From Octopus sinensis (Eukaryota), in NCBI RefSeq assembly GCF_006345805.1, contig NC_043014.1, positions 17,794,001 to 17,858,000 on the forward strand: a DNA stretch of 64,000 nt, in the 5' to 3' direction. Within the stretch, counting starts at the first letter, position 1; every line of letters begins with the position of its first letter. The notes under the pieces are model-generated. The model saw only the letters and a program-made list of their open reading frames with translations, made no database searches and was not told the origin of the DNA. Positions 1 through 13,400 of the stretch are shown piece by piece. A program made the position numbers and the translations under genes.

Positions 1-265
1 ACCGTTAAGCATTTTGTCTGGGCGCTAGCGATTCTGTCTTCTAATAATAATTACTTCAATTTTAGACTCAAAGGCAGTAGTTTTGTAGTTATTGGGGCTA
101 TTCGCTACCGTCAAAACTCTATACTTAAAGGCTGCTCTACTTTATAGATCTCGGAATGATGAATGGTAAATTTTGCATCAGCGGAAATATGGAAGTAAAG
201 ACCCGGATGACAAAACATGAGTTACTTTGCCTGACTCCGCAACCCCTCTGCTTTTTTCCACCTGC

Positions 266-327
<62 letters not shown>

Positions 328-331
328 TAAT

Positions 332-885
332 TGCCCTAATGCAGTACCAGGCAGTGGCTCTCACGGTTTCTGATCTTAACTTATTGGAAGTGTTATCATT
401 TACATTGTTTGCCTTGGTATAAAAGATGGGCTACATCAAATATTCTGCTCAATACCACAGATTTGCTTGTCAGTTGTTTGACCTTAACCAGTTGAGCACG
501 TCCCTTAGTGGCTAACGATATGTGCATCTCTGATCACGAGCAGAAGTAGTGGGGGAGCATCATACCCATGTGTTGAGAGGGATTCTTTGGGGTTTGAATA
601 ATTCACCTCTGGAAACATGGGTGTTTCGTTCAATATCCTTAAACAGCCTTTATTCAGGGACCTTTTGAGTGAGATGGGCTACTCGACCAGAAGAAAATTC
701 TAACTGGGCCCCACCTGCAAGGTCATGTGTTGTTTATCTTGATATGAGATCACCATGTTGCGCACATATGGTTGTGATGCATGTGCCTAGTGTACCCCTA
801 TCAGACGGGCAGTCATGATGGGTATACTGGGCTTCGTCTATTTTACCCCAGTGTCACTTTGATGGCATGCACTGCTCTCTCAGTC
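332..885. mobile_element. Unclassified ~550 bp interspersed element flanked by (AAT)n, copy 1
   Basis: Near-identical to 1039-1450; (AAT)n on both sides; no TIR or ORF seen. Confidence 0.6.
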
Positions 886-925
<40 letters not shown>

Positions 926-990
926 TAATAATAATAATAATAGTAATAATAATAATAATAATAATAATTTCTACTAAGGGGCATAACGTC

Positions 991-1024
<34 letters not shown>

Positions 1025-1038
1025 TAATAATAATGATA

Positions 1039-1450
1039 GATGCAGTACCAGGCAGTGGCTCTCATGGCTTCTGATCTTAACTGATTGGAAGTGTTATCAT
1101 GTACATTGTTTTGTCTTGGTATAAAAGATGGGCTACAGCAAATATTCTGCTCAATACCACAGATTTGCTTTCTCTGGAAACATGGGTGTTTCGTTCAACG
1201 TCCTTAAACAACCCTTATTCAGGGACTTTTTGAGCGGGATGGGTTACTCGATCTGAAGAAAATTCTAACTGGGCTCCACCTGCAAGGTCATGTGCTGTTT
1301 ATCTTGATATGAGATCACCATGTCGCGCACATATGGTTGTGATGCATGTGCCTGGTGTACCCTTATCAGACGGGTAGTCATGATGGGTATACTGGGCTTC
1401 GTATATTTTACCCCAGTGTCACTTTGATGGCATGCTCTGCTCGCTCACTC
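1039..1450. mobile_element. Same element, copy 2, with ~138 bp internal deletion
   Basis: Matches copy 1 but lacks copy-1 ~469-605 (gatttgctt joined to tctctggaaac). Confidence 0.6.
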
Positions 1451-1480
1451 AATAATAATAATAATAATAATATTAATAAT

Positions 1481-2102
1481 TTCTACTAAGGGGCATAACG
1501 TCTGAAATTTGGGGGAGGAGTATAGTAAATTACATTGACTCCAGTATCCAACTGATACTTATTTTATTAACCTCTAAAGGATGAAAGGTAAAGTCGACCT
1601 CAACGGAATTTGAACTCAAAACGTAAAAACGGACGAAATGCCGTTAAGCATTTTGCCCGGCTTGCCAACGATTTTGCCAGCTCAACTCGCCACCTTAACA
1701 ATAATAATAATAATCCTTTCAACTAAAGGCACAAGGCCTGAAATTTAGGGGGAGGGAACTAGTCGATTACATCGACCATAATGTTTCACTGGTCCGAGCC
1801 CGAAAGGTTGAAAGGCAAAGTCGACCTCTGTGGAATTTGAACTCAGAACGTAGCAGCAGACGAAATACCTGTTTCGTTACTACCCACAAGGGATTAAACA
1901 CAGAGAGGACAAACAAGGACAGACAAACGAATGAAGTCGATTATATCGACCCCAGTGCATAACTGGTACTTATTTAATAGATCCCGAAATAATGAAAGGG
2001 AAAGTCGACCTCGGCGGAATTTGAACTCAGAACGTTACGGCAGACGAAATACGGCTACGCATTTCGCCCGGCGTGCTAACGATTCTGCCAGCTCGCCGCC
2101 TT
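1481..2102 (-). mobile_element. Cluster of tRNA-headed SINEs (group C: two tail variants, one dimer-like junction near 1868)
   Basis: Minus strand ggcggcgagctggcagaatcgttagc (A box) ... gttcaaattccgcc (B box); recurs at 29205, 49415, 49628, 58460, 59765. Confidence 0.8.
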
Positions 2103-4039
2103 AACAACAACAACAACAACAACAATGGTTTCAACTTTTGGCACAAGGCCAGCAATTTCGTGGGAGGGGTAAGTCGATTAACTGGTACTTATTTTTATTC
2201 ACCATGTCCTCCACGCAATAGCAGCAGTTTAACGTAACTCTAAACTGTGATAGTGTGTGTCAGGATTGAGCTCTTGAACTACTGATGTAGCCTTTTTGGC
2301 GGACCTCCACTTGGGTGTAATGCAATGCGATGACTTTCGGCACTGATTCGGTCTTATCAATTCCATTCATAAGATTTCAATCGATTCGGAACTATAGTAA
2401 AAAATCAATTGTCTAAGTAGCTGCGCAGTGGGACCTCATGAATTCAAAGAGGACTTAACCAATTCACCATGTGTATTTTAAATGCCTGAAAATGACTGTG
2501 CAACGAGATAATTTTTTTAAAATGTAATTTTAAAAGAAAAATACATAAATATATACACACGCATACACACACACACATACACATACGCGCGCGCACACGC
2601 TCAAAAACAAACAGATACGCATACACAGATACACGCGCATACATACGTACACACATACATACACACATACATACACACATAAACAGATACACATACCCAC
2701 GCACACGCACGAACAAATGTATTGATGAAATTTCTATCCGTGATTGACATTCTTCGAAATTGCTATTTTCTTCAAGTTTTCATTCTAAACCCCACCGTTT
2801 ATCAACATTTAAATCTTAAATACTGTGGTATTAAGACGAGTAACTGAAATTCCTCTGTTTTACATCTGTATGATGAATACGGAACAGGCTTTGAGCATTT
2901 CAGAAAAATTTCATCAAACAAACACTTAAAAATACCTATTTGGCCCTGAAATCAGACTTCAAAACCCAGCTTCAACAAATGAAACAGTAGTAATTGTAAT
3001 ATACTATCATGCAATCAGAACGTGACATTTGAACGAATTCCGTTTGGAAGAAATTGAATGAAATGAACGAAAATGTTCCCAAGCACTCGGCAGAAGTATT
3101 AATTAAGAGAGGCATATGTATTGAATGCAACATATTAAACCACAAGGGGCTCAACAAACACTTAAGCCGTTCAAGAATTTGGACCTGGAGATCTCCATTT
3201 CCAGCGACTTCGTGGGCCACCTCTCAGTGGTGTCGGGCGTCAACGAAGAGCCCTCGACTACAACATGACGACCAAAGTTTTCTTTTCCAAGGTCTGGGGT
3301 CTCCGCCCCAAAGCCCTAGACCATCATCTAATCACCCTTACCCGTCTTGTTGCTTAACAACAACAACAACAGCAAAAACAACAACAACAACTACAGCAAC
3401 AACAAACACTTAATGATAAGTTAGTATATTTATAGTTGTGACGCGTCTACATGACTAATACAGAGGACAAATAAACAGCTCTGAAAAACCACATGAAACG
3501 AACATGTGAAAATAACTGTTTAATAGTATGACGGGTCCTGCTTCTGCAAATCGATCTAGCGACTTAGACGTCTTAGACTAACTATAAGCAGACGAAATTA
3601 TTCAAATTTAACGATTCTGCCATACAAACGTGTGAGACCGATTGGTCAAAAGAATATTGGTGGAATTTAAAAATTAAAACAATCACCAAGTTAAAACACA
3701 ACCGGTATATGCTACAAATGGTCATGAATTCTGGGACTATAATAATTTGCAATACAACCTTACTACCAAGTAGGTAGCCGGTCAAAATTTACTCCAAAAT
3801 TAGAGAAAATGAACATACATGCATACACACACACATTGAGAACTGTCCCGTTATAAAAGACAGATGAGGGTTCCGTAAATTCTTGCTGAACATTCTGCAC
3901 AGACGATTTGCTTATAGTGATCATATATTTGGTTGTACATTATTTCGCGCTTTTCATCATATCGATGTTGCCAGTACAAGTGCGCGATGTCACACGTTCG
4001 ATGTCGAAGTGATTGCAGATTAATGTGAAATGAAGTGTT

Positions 4040-5970
4040 TGTATGCACTGTTACCTCCACTGACGGTAACTGTCTCAATAGCTCGCCGCTAGGTGGAGTG
4101 GCGTGTAACTTTGGAGTACTTGCCTCTTCCATGTTCCAAAGGAACCATACTCTGCGATGTTTCTACCGGGTCACCCCGACCCCTCGTTCCTGAGCATCCT
4201 GTTTTTGACGCTCTGCATTCGCTGTCACACCCAGGCATTGCAGCTACAGTAAAGCTTATCTCGGCTCGATTTTTCTGGCCGAATATGCGTCGGATTATTA
4301 CTTCTTGGTAACGCGCCTGTCTACAGTGCCAACACTCCAAGGTGTATTATCACGTTTGAGCATCTCTTGGACATTTCAACTCACTGGACACCAGGTTTTG
4401 ACACATTCACATCAATCTGCTGGTTCCTTGGCCAGTCAGTTGTGGATTCACATATATCCTAACCTGCATTAACAGATTCTCTAGATGGCTTGAAGCCATT
4501 CCACTGGTTGACATTTCTGCAGAATAAGTTGCCAAACTCCTCATTTTGAGTTGGATCGCTCGCTTTGGAGTACACTCCAGTATTACAACCGTTGGTGGAC
4601 GCTAGTTTGAAGCTTGCATGTTCCGCGAACTCTCGAGATTACTCGGAGTTCAGTATATTCACACGACGAGTTACCACCTGGCTGCAAACGGAATGGTGGA
4701 ACGTTTCCATCGGCAGCTTAAAACCGCTCCCGACCCTCAACGCTGGTCTGAATTTCTTCCCATTGTCCTGCTGGATTGCCGATCAGCTGTAAAGGAGGAT
4801 CTAGGCTTCTCCACTGCCAAACTTTTGTATGGCACCACTTTGGCGCTACCTGGCCAAATGTTGGCGCCTGTCAACATGCCAAACGCGGATCCTGCATCAT
4901 ACATTACAAGACTCAGGTCATTCTTCGCTGAGCTACCAACAATGCTTCCACGCAACCAGTCTGTGTATTCTGCAGTCCCTCCGGACATTTCCACATAGAC
5001 TCATATATGCATACGGAATGATTCCGTCAAAGGACCACTCACACCACCTTACTCATGTCCCTATCCGGTTCTTAAGAGGACGCCTAAATTGCTTACTGTG
5101 GACATTAGCGGTAAAAAAGCAGAGTGAAAAGAGCTTTTTCTGAAGCATGCACACCTCTCATACCTCTCGCAGACACACCTATCATACCACAGACACTTCC
5201 ACTCTCACAGACATCTCCACCACCACAAGCACCTCCTCCACTCACTACCAAACGGACTTTGCAAACACATTCTTCTTCAACTTACATGACACGCCCGGGC
5301 TGATCGGTTCATTGGCCGAAGAAACTGTCCAAGACAATTTATATTTCGTAACTTTGTTTTGTCATAAACTCTTCCGGTGAATCTACTCTTATGTTTGTTG
5401 TGCACACACTGCACGCATTTGTCTCTTCTCAGCAACATTGTGCATTTCACACGCTTGCTTACAAACATATGTGCACATACACCATAAACACATTTTCTTT
5501 TCAGCAAAACTGTTCCTATTTTCAGACTTGCCAGTCGAAGACGAAAAAGTCTGTCTGTGTATCACACATTTTGTTCTCTTCACGAACATATTTTTTTTCT
5601 GCATGTTTCTTCTATGTTTATAACTTTGCATTGTTCATACAACTGTATTACCATACTTCATTTTCTGTCCCTTTCCCTCTCACACGTCCATTTCGCCTAC
5701 CTTCATTTAGTCCGAGCGTTTGCAATCGGGTGGGGGTGGGGGTGGGGTATAGGCGCATTTACGTCCCCTGACGGTAATTGACTCAATAGCTCGCCGTTAC
5801 GCGGAGTAGCGTCTAACTTTGGAATTCTGGGACTTGTCTCTCCTCCTTTTTCACCGCGGCTCACAGCACGCAAGACGTGACTTCCTCAGCTCCTAATTCC
5901 ACCTTGGAAAGCACAACCATGAGACAAGCAACTGCAAGCAAACATTAAGCTACTATGACTTGGATTCCAC
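4040..5970 (+). mobile_element. Internally deleted Ty3/gypsy LTR retrotransposon: partial 5' LTR, degenerate integrase, G-rich PPT, 3' LTR (right end approximate)
   Basis: Integrase motifs LHSLSHPGIAATVKLISARFFWPNM and TTSYHLAANGMVERFHRQLK; gggtgggggtgggggtgggg ends at 5747; 4040-4115 matches 5748-5823. Confidence 0.85.
4116..5110 (+). pseudogene. Gypsy integrase relic with frameshifts and stops
   Basis: ORFs 4093-4311 and 4618-4998 carry zinc-finger and catalytic-core integrase motifs in different frames. Confidence 0.85.
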
Positions 5971-6375
5971 AGAAGATGAACATGGTCTTCACATGCAAAT
6001 ATTTTGTATAAATTATACTACTTGTACATATCTGAGACCTCAAGTAAAAGGCATAAACACTACAACTTGGTTCTGAGATGTTCAATATACGGTGTTCTTT
6101 CTTCGCGAAAGGATATCTTCTTTCCCAGCCTTCTGAACGGGGCCGTTATTTAGATGGTTCTGCCACGCTAGGCCACATCACATATAAATGTTTTACTCGT
6201 GAACACAATGCATCGCCTGGTCGGGAAGCGAAACCACGTTCTTACTATCGTGCGTGCAACAGCCTAGGATACGCACCTTCGCTTGAGAGAGATTGAATCT
6301 ATGTTTGCATGTATGTATGTATGTATGTATGTATGTATGTATGTATGTATGTATGTATGTATGTATGTATGTATG

Positions 6376-6411
<36 letters not shown>

Positions 6412-7128
6412 CATCAATCTATCTATCCATCTATCTATCCATCTATCCGTCGACCTGTCTGTGTACGTGTCTGTCTATGTATCTTTGTATACACACACAC
6501 ATGCGCATTGTGTACAATTCTTCAAGGTCAAAATGAAACTATATATTAGACAATTATCTACCTCTTGATATTCATTTCATCCATTATCTGGAAACTGGGG
6601 TGAAAATCTAGTAGGTAAAGGCGGAAATCGATCCAAAATGCCTCTCTAATCCCTCCCTTATCTCTGATTTTATCACCCTTTTCTTCTTCCTCTATCTCTA
6701 TCTATTTATTTCTATTCTCCTCCCCTATTTTACATCCTGCTGTACCAATCAGTATCACGAATATCTGGAGGATTGAGTGAATTTTAAGTAGGGTTCTCAT
6801 GCAGTTAAGTACTTAAATATTTTAATGTTCCCTTTGATTATTAACAAATTCCTTCCACAGACCAGCCTTAAACTACCCCCTCTCTTTCTCTTTCACTTTC
6901 CATGAACCACCAATCCGAAACCCCTAATCAAACCGACCTTAGCGCTTACAAGTTAGGGGAAATCTTATACTTGAGACGTCCCTCTGATTTGTACCTATTG
7001 ACCTCGCTAGATTGTAATTCTCTACTTCAATGAGACTGGATGAAAGCTTGTCTGCGCGTGCGCATATAAATACATCTGTGTGCGTGTATTTGTATTTCTG
7101 AGGCAGATACAGAGAAATTGAGAAAGAA

Positions 7129-7159
<31 letters not shown>

Positions 7160-7230
7160 TAGAGAAAAGAGAGAAAAAAGAGAGAAGGAAAGAGAAAGAG
7201 AGAGAGAGAGAGAGAGAAGGCTTACGTATC

Positions 7231-7261
<31 letters not shown>

Positions 7262-7949
7262 ATATGTGATACCTTTGGCAAGTGTCTTTGGCCGACCAAA
7301 GCCTCGTGAGTGGATCTCGTAGACGGAAACTGAAAAGAATCCCGTCGTATATATATGTATGTATGTATGTATGTATGGACAGAGACTAACAACACTAATT
7401 GTAAGCGTTCGAGCGTCAAAACAACGAAGACCAAGGTTGGCTGATGGCTAGCACAGCGGTTTGTTTAAAGTGGAGTAGCGCATCGTAAACGTCGCTCTCT
7501 CGTCCGTGACCATCTTCAATCCAGGGCAAAACCAGAACAAGACGACTCCAGTCTTCATGACTGGAAATGGAGATAGATGCAGTGGGTGACCAATATGTCT
7601 TATTTGCCTCATCTTACTTTTTGCACTCCACAATACGTCGCAACAGCCATCTTCCCCTCTGTTGGGCCATGAAAGTTTCTTCGCAGTGACCTCCGGATCC
7701 AGTCTTCACGTGCACAGGTAGACATGCCCATATTTTCTAATTACCTCATAACTGGGACCCTGTTGGTTGCTGCTTCGACCTCCGGGTCAGAGAAGACCTT
7801 GAAACAATGGTGGCTAAGTGGTGGTTCGAACTTTTCAAAATCCTGAAACTTTCGAATCAGGGCCCCACTACTGGATGCAGTTTCAAGTCATACTCACTCC
7901 AGTTTCTTGTAAACATAAACGTATACACACGCACACGTACACGGACACG

Positions 7950-7982
<33 letters not shown>

Positions 7983-8006
7983 CACACACACACACACACG
8001 CACGCA

Positions 8007-8062
<56 letters not shown>

Positions 8063-8069
<7 letters not shown>

Positions 8070-9705
8070 TATGTGTATTGAACGTTGGCGAGAATATACG
8101 TGGTCTGATCAATAAATATCCGGACTGTTGCCATAGAAACGAAGCTAAAGCACGCAGAGTAAAGCCCCTTGGCACAGATTACCCTTATTCTCTGCTATGC
8201 ATGCGCACTAAGTTTTAACGTACAAACTCGCTTCCGCTGTTTACAGCAATGCTTGGAAATAACGTGTGTAGCGTGTGATCGTTGCATTGATCATGACGGA
8301 GACAGTTGAGCAGAGAACCTGCATAAAATTGTGCCAAAAGCTTGGCGATACCCGCTCAGAAGCCTATGCAAGGGTTCCAAAACGTTTTCATCGTTCTCGA
8401 CACAATCAAGGAGATCTTGTGCAACTGAAGCCCAAATGTCTCTTTGGTCAGCTGAAAGCAGTTTTAGCACAAACTTACTGATACGCGTATCATACACAAA
8501 TCTTCAGTGATATATTATATCGGTCATTTTTCTGAACCGCTAGGTTACGGGAACATGAAGAAATCACTGGTTACTATAAGACGACGAACATTCTAATGCC
8601 AACAATATGTAAATTACATGCGTTCTTCTTGAATAGCAAGATGAGGAATACTTGATTTCTGAAGAATACCTAAAGGAGATCATGGCAGCCACTTATGTTT
8701 TAATGCGTGTAAAAAGAAATACTGACGTTTATACATATGTTTACGTTTCACTGTTGTGCTTTTAATAAATAGTATATTTGTACATTTAACTATACGAAAT
8801 TTAACATATATATCATATATATCTAATCATACTTATCAATGTATATAACACCCACGCACGCACACACACACACACCACCAACACACCCACACACACACAC
8901 ACCACACACACACACACACACACAGAAATATGTGTATTGAACGTTGGCGAGAAATACGTGGTCTGATCACAATAAATATCCGGACTGTTGCCATAGAAAC
9001 GAAGCTAAAGCACGCAGAGTAAAGCCCCTTGGCACAGATTACCCTTATTCTCTGCTATGCATGCGCACTAAGTTTTAACGTACAAACTCGCTTCCGCTGT
9101 TTACAGCAATGCTTGGAAATAACGTGTGTAGCGTGTGATCGTTGCATTGATCATGACGGAGACAGTTGAGCAGAGAACCTGCATAAAATTGTGCCAAAAG
9201 CTTGGCGATACCCGCTCAGAAGCCTATGCAAGGGTTCCAAAACGTTTTCATCGTTCTCGACACAATCAAGGAGATCTGTGTGCAACTGAAGCCCAAATGT
9301 CTCTTTGGTCAGCTGAAAGCAGTTTTAGCACAAACTTACTGATACGCGTATCATACACAAATCTTCAGTGATATATTATATCGGTCATTTTTCTGAACCG
9401 CTAGGTTACGGAACATGAAGAAATCACTGGTTATAAGACGACGAACATTCTAATGCCAACAATATGTAAATTACATGCGTTCTTCTTGAATAGCAAGATG
9501 AGGAATACTTGATTTCTGAAGAATACCTAAAGGAGATCATGGCAGCCACTTATGTTTTAAGCGTGTAAAAGAAATACTGACGTTTATACATATGTTTACG
9601 TTTCACTGTTGTGCTTTTAATAAATAGTATATTTGTACATTTAACTATACGAAATTTAACATATATATCATATATATCTAATCATACTTATCAATGTATA
9701 TAAAC
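8063..9705. repeat. ~860 bp tandem duplication bounded by (CA)n
   Basis: ~8063-8850 repeated at ~8922-9705, differing only by small indels. Confidence 0.9.
8095..8515. mobile_element. Mariner fragment with inverted internal segment (second copy 8955-9375)
   Basis: TIR-like start and + strand MTETVEQRTCIKLCQKLG, then - strand ITEDLCMIRVS.KFVLKLLSADQ...CVENDEN. Confidence 0.8.
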
Positions 9706-9712
9706 ACACACG

Positions 9713-9757
<45 letters not shown>

Positions 9758-9791
9758 TATTATATTATATTATATATATGTATATATACAA

Positions 9792-9951
9792 AGGCGCCGG
9801 AGTAGCTGTGTGGTCAGAAGCTTGCTTACCAACCACATGGTTTCGGGTTCAGACCCACTGCATGGCGTCTTGGGCAAGTATATTCTATATAGCCTCGGGT
9901 CGGCCAAAGCCTTGTGAGCGGATTTCGTAGACGGAAACTGAAAGAAGCCCG

Positions 9952-10034
<83 letters not shown>

Positions 10035-10249
10035 TTGTATGTATTAGTGTGTCTGTGATTGACCCCCCACCATAGATTCACAACAGATAATGGTGTGTTT
10101 ACGTCCCCGTATCTTAGCGGTTCGGCAAAAGAACTCGATAGAGTAAGTACTAGGTTTACAAAGAATAAATCTTGGGGTAGATTTGTCCGACTAAAGGCGG
10201 TGCTCGAGCATGGCAACGGTCAAATGACTGAAACAAGTAAAAGAATAAA
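9792..10249 (+). mobile_element. SINE group A (tRNA head, CORE-like cttgggcaagt, internal microsatellite)
   Basis: Head gtagctgtgtggt..gttcagacccactg; tail gcggtgctc.agcatggc..tgactgaaacaagtaaaaga; many copies in window. Confidence 0.85.
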
Positions 10250-10407
10250 GGAATACATGCAAACATATATATGTGACGTGTGCGCGTATGTGTATAGAAA
10301 TATATACACATATATATACACACATGTATACACACACGTTTATACATATACACATAAACACATGTACACACACGCGCGCACACACACACACACATATATA
10401 TATATAG

Positions 10408-10470
<63 letters not shown>

Positions 10471-10743
10471 CATACCTACATATATACATATATATACATA
10501 TATATATATATATAACATACACACATACGTATATATACATACATATATGCATACATACATATATATATATATACGTACATATATATACGTACATATATAT
10601 ACATACATATATATATATACATACACACACACACACGCACATATATATATATATATATATACATACATACATATATATATATACATATATACATATATAT
10701 GTATGCATACATAATCAAAATAAGCAACAAGAATAACTCCAGT

Positions 10744-10833
10744 AATTTGGTACGATTGTTTCGCACTACATCATTTTATTAAATGTTGTAAGTATTACAA
10801 CAGTTTTAAAATGCTGAGCACTCATCAGCCATT
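10744..10833 (-). ncRNA. Type I hammerhead-like motif with long stem II
   Basis: Minus strand tgg CTGATGA gtgc..(long hairpin)..gtgc GAAA caatcg TA cca. Confidence 0.65.
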
Positions 10834-10854
10834 AATAGAGATATATATACATGC

Positions 10855-10891
<37 letters not shown>

Positions 10892-10926
10892 ATATATATA
10901 TACATGCATATAATACATACGTATAT

Positions 10927-10967
<41 letters not shown>

Positions 10968-10969
10968 CG

Positions 10970-11005
<36 letters not shown>

Positions 11006-11092
11006 CATGCATATATATACACATATATATACACATATATATAATATATTATATATATAATATACATATATATATATATATTATATATATAT

Positions 11093-11145
<53 letters not shown>

Positions 11146-11818
11146 TTAGAGAGTGGAAAAGTAAGCGAGGCATACATATATGCATACATGTGTGTGCGCG
11201 CGCGCGTGTGTCTTTGTGTCTATCTGTGTGTACACATATATGCATTAGGGAGGTTCCTCTTGAAATAACTGCCTAAATACCTCAAAACACAATGGTAAAC
11301 TTCTCACTGTTTAAATTGAAATCATGTTTGTTTTTCTTATTATTTTCCACACGTTCCTTCTTTTCCTTTCTTTCCGCATCCCACCAAAAAAAAAAAAAAT
11401 CCCAAAAAGCAAATAAACAAAAAAACTAAACAAACAACACTTGCCTATCCGTAAAGAATTCTTTATATAAGTAAATACTAAACATAATATTGTATTGTAT
11501 CTTGTATTTTTAAATATATTGTATTTCACCATTGTTGTTTACGATATTTCAGTTTTGCTTATATATTTATTTAAATTAAGGTGAGGGTGGGGAAATATAC
11601 ACACCCAATATATTGTGCTGTTTGTGTGTGTGTCTGCGAGGGCGTGTGTGTGTGCTCGTAGCTTTGTAAGGAATGGGGAAGCGGTTCATTTTTTTTTTGC
11701 TGATTCAGTGTTTGAATTCAGCGAGGACGAATATTGTACTAAATTATATCTGGTTAAATTCTGTAAAGTTGTTGTCTATATTATACACGTATGCACATAC
11801 AAACCCGTGCATGCATAA

Positions 11819-11903
<85 letters not shown>

Positions 11904-11935
11904 TATAATTTGAAACTGACTTGAAAATTGGAAGT

Positions 11936-11978
11936 CCACCTGAAGATTGTCGATCAGGACAAGAAACAATTGTAGTGG
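11936..11978 (+). ncRNA. Minimal type I hammerhead ribozyme motif, fully canonical
   Basis: ccac CTGAAGA ttgtc gatcag gacaa GAAA caattg TA gtgg: stem I 4 bp, stem II 5 bp, palindromic stem III ACAATTGT, GUA site. Confidence 0.8.
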
Positions 11979-12273
11979 CGGTTTTTTTGACTTTTTATTA
12001 AAATTTTATGTATTGATTAAGTCTTTCCTTGTTTGTTTTGCAAAATAGTGGTTTTGTCTCTAATAATATTATATATACATTATATATATATATATATATT
12101 ATATATATATATATTACATATATATATATATATATTATATATATACATACATATACATATCTACATAGATATACATACACACACACACATATATATAAGC
12201 ACACACATACACATATATATACATATGCATATATATGTATCTATGTATAGGCATATGCATATATATATATATA

Positions 12274-12668
12274 TTCTTTTAATCTTTTACACGTTTCAGT
12301 CATTTAACTGTGGCCATGCTGGAGCATCGCCTTTAGTCGAACAAATCGATCCCAGGACTTATTCTTAGTAAGCCTACCACTTTTTCTATCGGTCTCTTTT
12401 GTCGAACCGCTATGTTTCGGGTATATAAACACACCAGCATCGATTGTCAAGCGATGGTGGGGGACAAACACAGATACAAAAACACACATACATAAACATA
12501 TATACATATATATAAGACGAACTTCTTTTAGTTTCTGTCTACCAAATCCACTCACAAGGCTTTGGTCGGCCCGAGGCTATAGTAGAAGACACTTGTCCAA
12601 AGTGCCACGCTGTGGGACTGAACCCGGAACCATGTGGTTGGGAAGCAAGCTTCTTACCATACAGTCAC
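12274..12668 (-). mobile_element. SINE group A
   Basis: Reverse complement of 9792-10249 family. Confidence 0.85.
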
Positions 12669-12711
12669 ACACAAACACCACACAGGCAAACACACATATA
12701 TGTATATATAT

Positions 12712-12759
<48 letters not shown>

Positions 12760-13163
12760 CTACATACACACATACATACATACATACATACATACATACA
12801 TACATACATACATCATAACATACATACATACATACACACATATATATCTTTATACACACACACATATATATAATACATGTGTACGTGTGTGCCTGCGCGC
12901 GGGGTAAAATACGCATACATATGAAAAGACATGACTCAGAGGAAATTTGTCTTCGTAAAAACGTCGACAAAATGATAATCGATCCATTCATCCATAGTTC
13001 CAGTTAGCCAGCTTGCCATTTTCGTGTCAACTGGTGGTGGGGATTGTTAGGGGATAGAGTCAAGTACCTCCACCTTGGTGCCCTGTCAGAAGCAACAGTC
13101 ATTACAGTTTCCTGCTGGAGTCTCTACTTGACCAACTAAGACTATGGATTATTTATCCAGCCA

Positions 13164-13400
13164 TCATGGTCCTGATCTGTCTCTACGTCTCCTACGGGTT
13201 GGTTCAGCTTGAAGAATCAGTCCTGCGATTCTTTCCAGCAGCATTCTAATCGCAAGTCCATTGCAATGGATCTGTGACTTCTGAATGTAGCGAAGTACCG
13301 ACTCGACCTGCAGAGTCTTCTTCATCTGCGTGCTGTACACCCTGTCGAGTAACGTTACTCCAGAGATCCTTCGGAGGAACACCATTTTAGCTACTTGAAA
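13164..13400 (-). mobile_element. RTE-clade LINE 3' ORF fragment
   Basis: KMVFLRRISGVTLLDRVYSTQMKKTLQVE...RMLLERIAGLILQAEPT resembles the RTE RT C-terminus. Confidence 0.75.

Noticed and set aside
3130-3300. LDLEISIS-like peptide resembling the PLE RT end
   Set aside because: Too short and degenerate to support.
7440-7870. GC-richer non-repetitive island
   Set aside because: Stops in the frames I tried and no recognisable motif.
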